From: Halocafeteria seosinensis
Lineage: Eukaryota
Direction of reading: 5' to 3'
Assembly (NCBI GenBank): GCA_001687465.1
Contig: LVLI01000061.1
Span: 1 to 55,060, forward strand
DNA length: 55,060 nt
Positions 55,056 through 55,060 of the stretch are shown one piece after another (positions within the stretch are counted from its first letter, which is position 1; each line of letters begins with the position of its first letter). The notes beneath the pieces are model-generated. The model made no database searches. It saw nothing but the letters and a program-made list of their open reading frames with translations, and was not told the origin of the DNA. The position numbers were made by a program, and so were the translations under genes.

Positions 55056-55060
55056 CTGAA

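Noticed and set aside
1..55060. tRNA/rRNA genes, non-canonical introns or an alternative genetic code
   Set aside because: No RNA gene was recognised by eye. All introns traced are GT-AG, and TAA, TAG and TGA all terminate conserved genes.

Overview
Gene-dense eukaryotic (protist-type) genomic DNA with short canonical GT-AG introns, mostly about 55-80 nt. It is not prokaryotic, so the ORF track fragments most genes and invents GTG/TTG starts. DNAAF4 and a CFAP45-like gene imply motile flagella; PEX19 and a PEX11-family gene imply peroxisomes. The organism cannot be named from the sequence. Left to right: decayed TE-like debris; a LYR-motif gene; an intronless sulfotransferase, diacylglycerol kinase and 2306-aa coiled-coil/PH gene; a tandem array of three intact plus one truncated cysteine-rich surface-protein genes (variable head domain, 6/9/18 copies of a 34-aa Cys repeat, mucin stalk and TM in two); aldo-keto reductase; purple acid phosphatase; DNAAF4; an LRR relic; a hidden 5-exon GPI-type gene; DUF268; PEX19; RagC/D; a Zn2Cys6 factor; CFAP45-like; PEX11-like; and nested hAT transposon remnants. 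The best candidate for a novel system is the mosaic surface-receptor array. Secondary oddities are a 20-32 bp motif recurring at gene-fragment junctions, a RagC lacking the switch-II Gln, and overlapping convergent CDSs. All family calls are by motif recognition; no database search was run.
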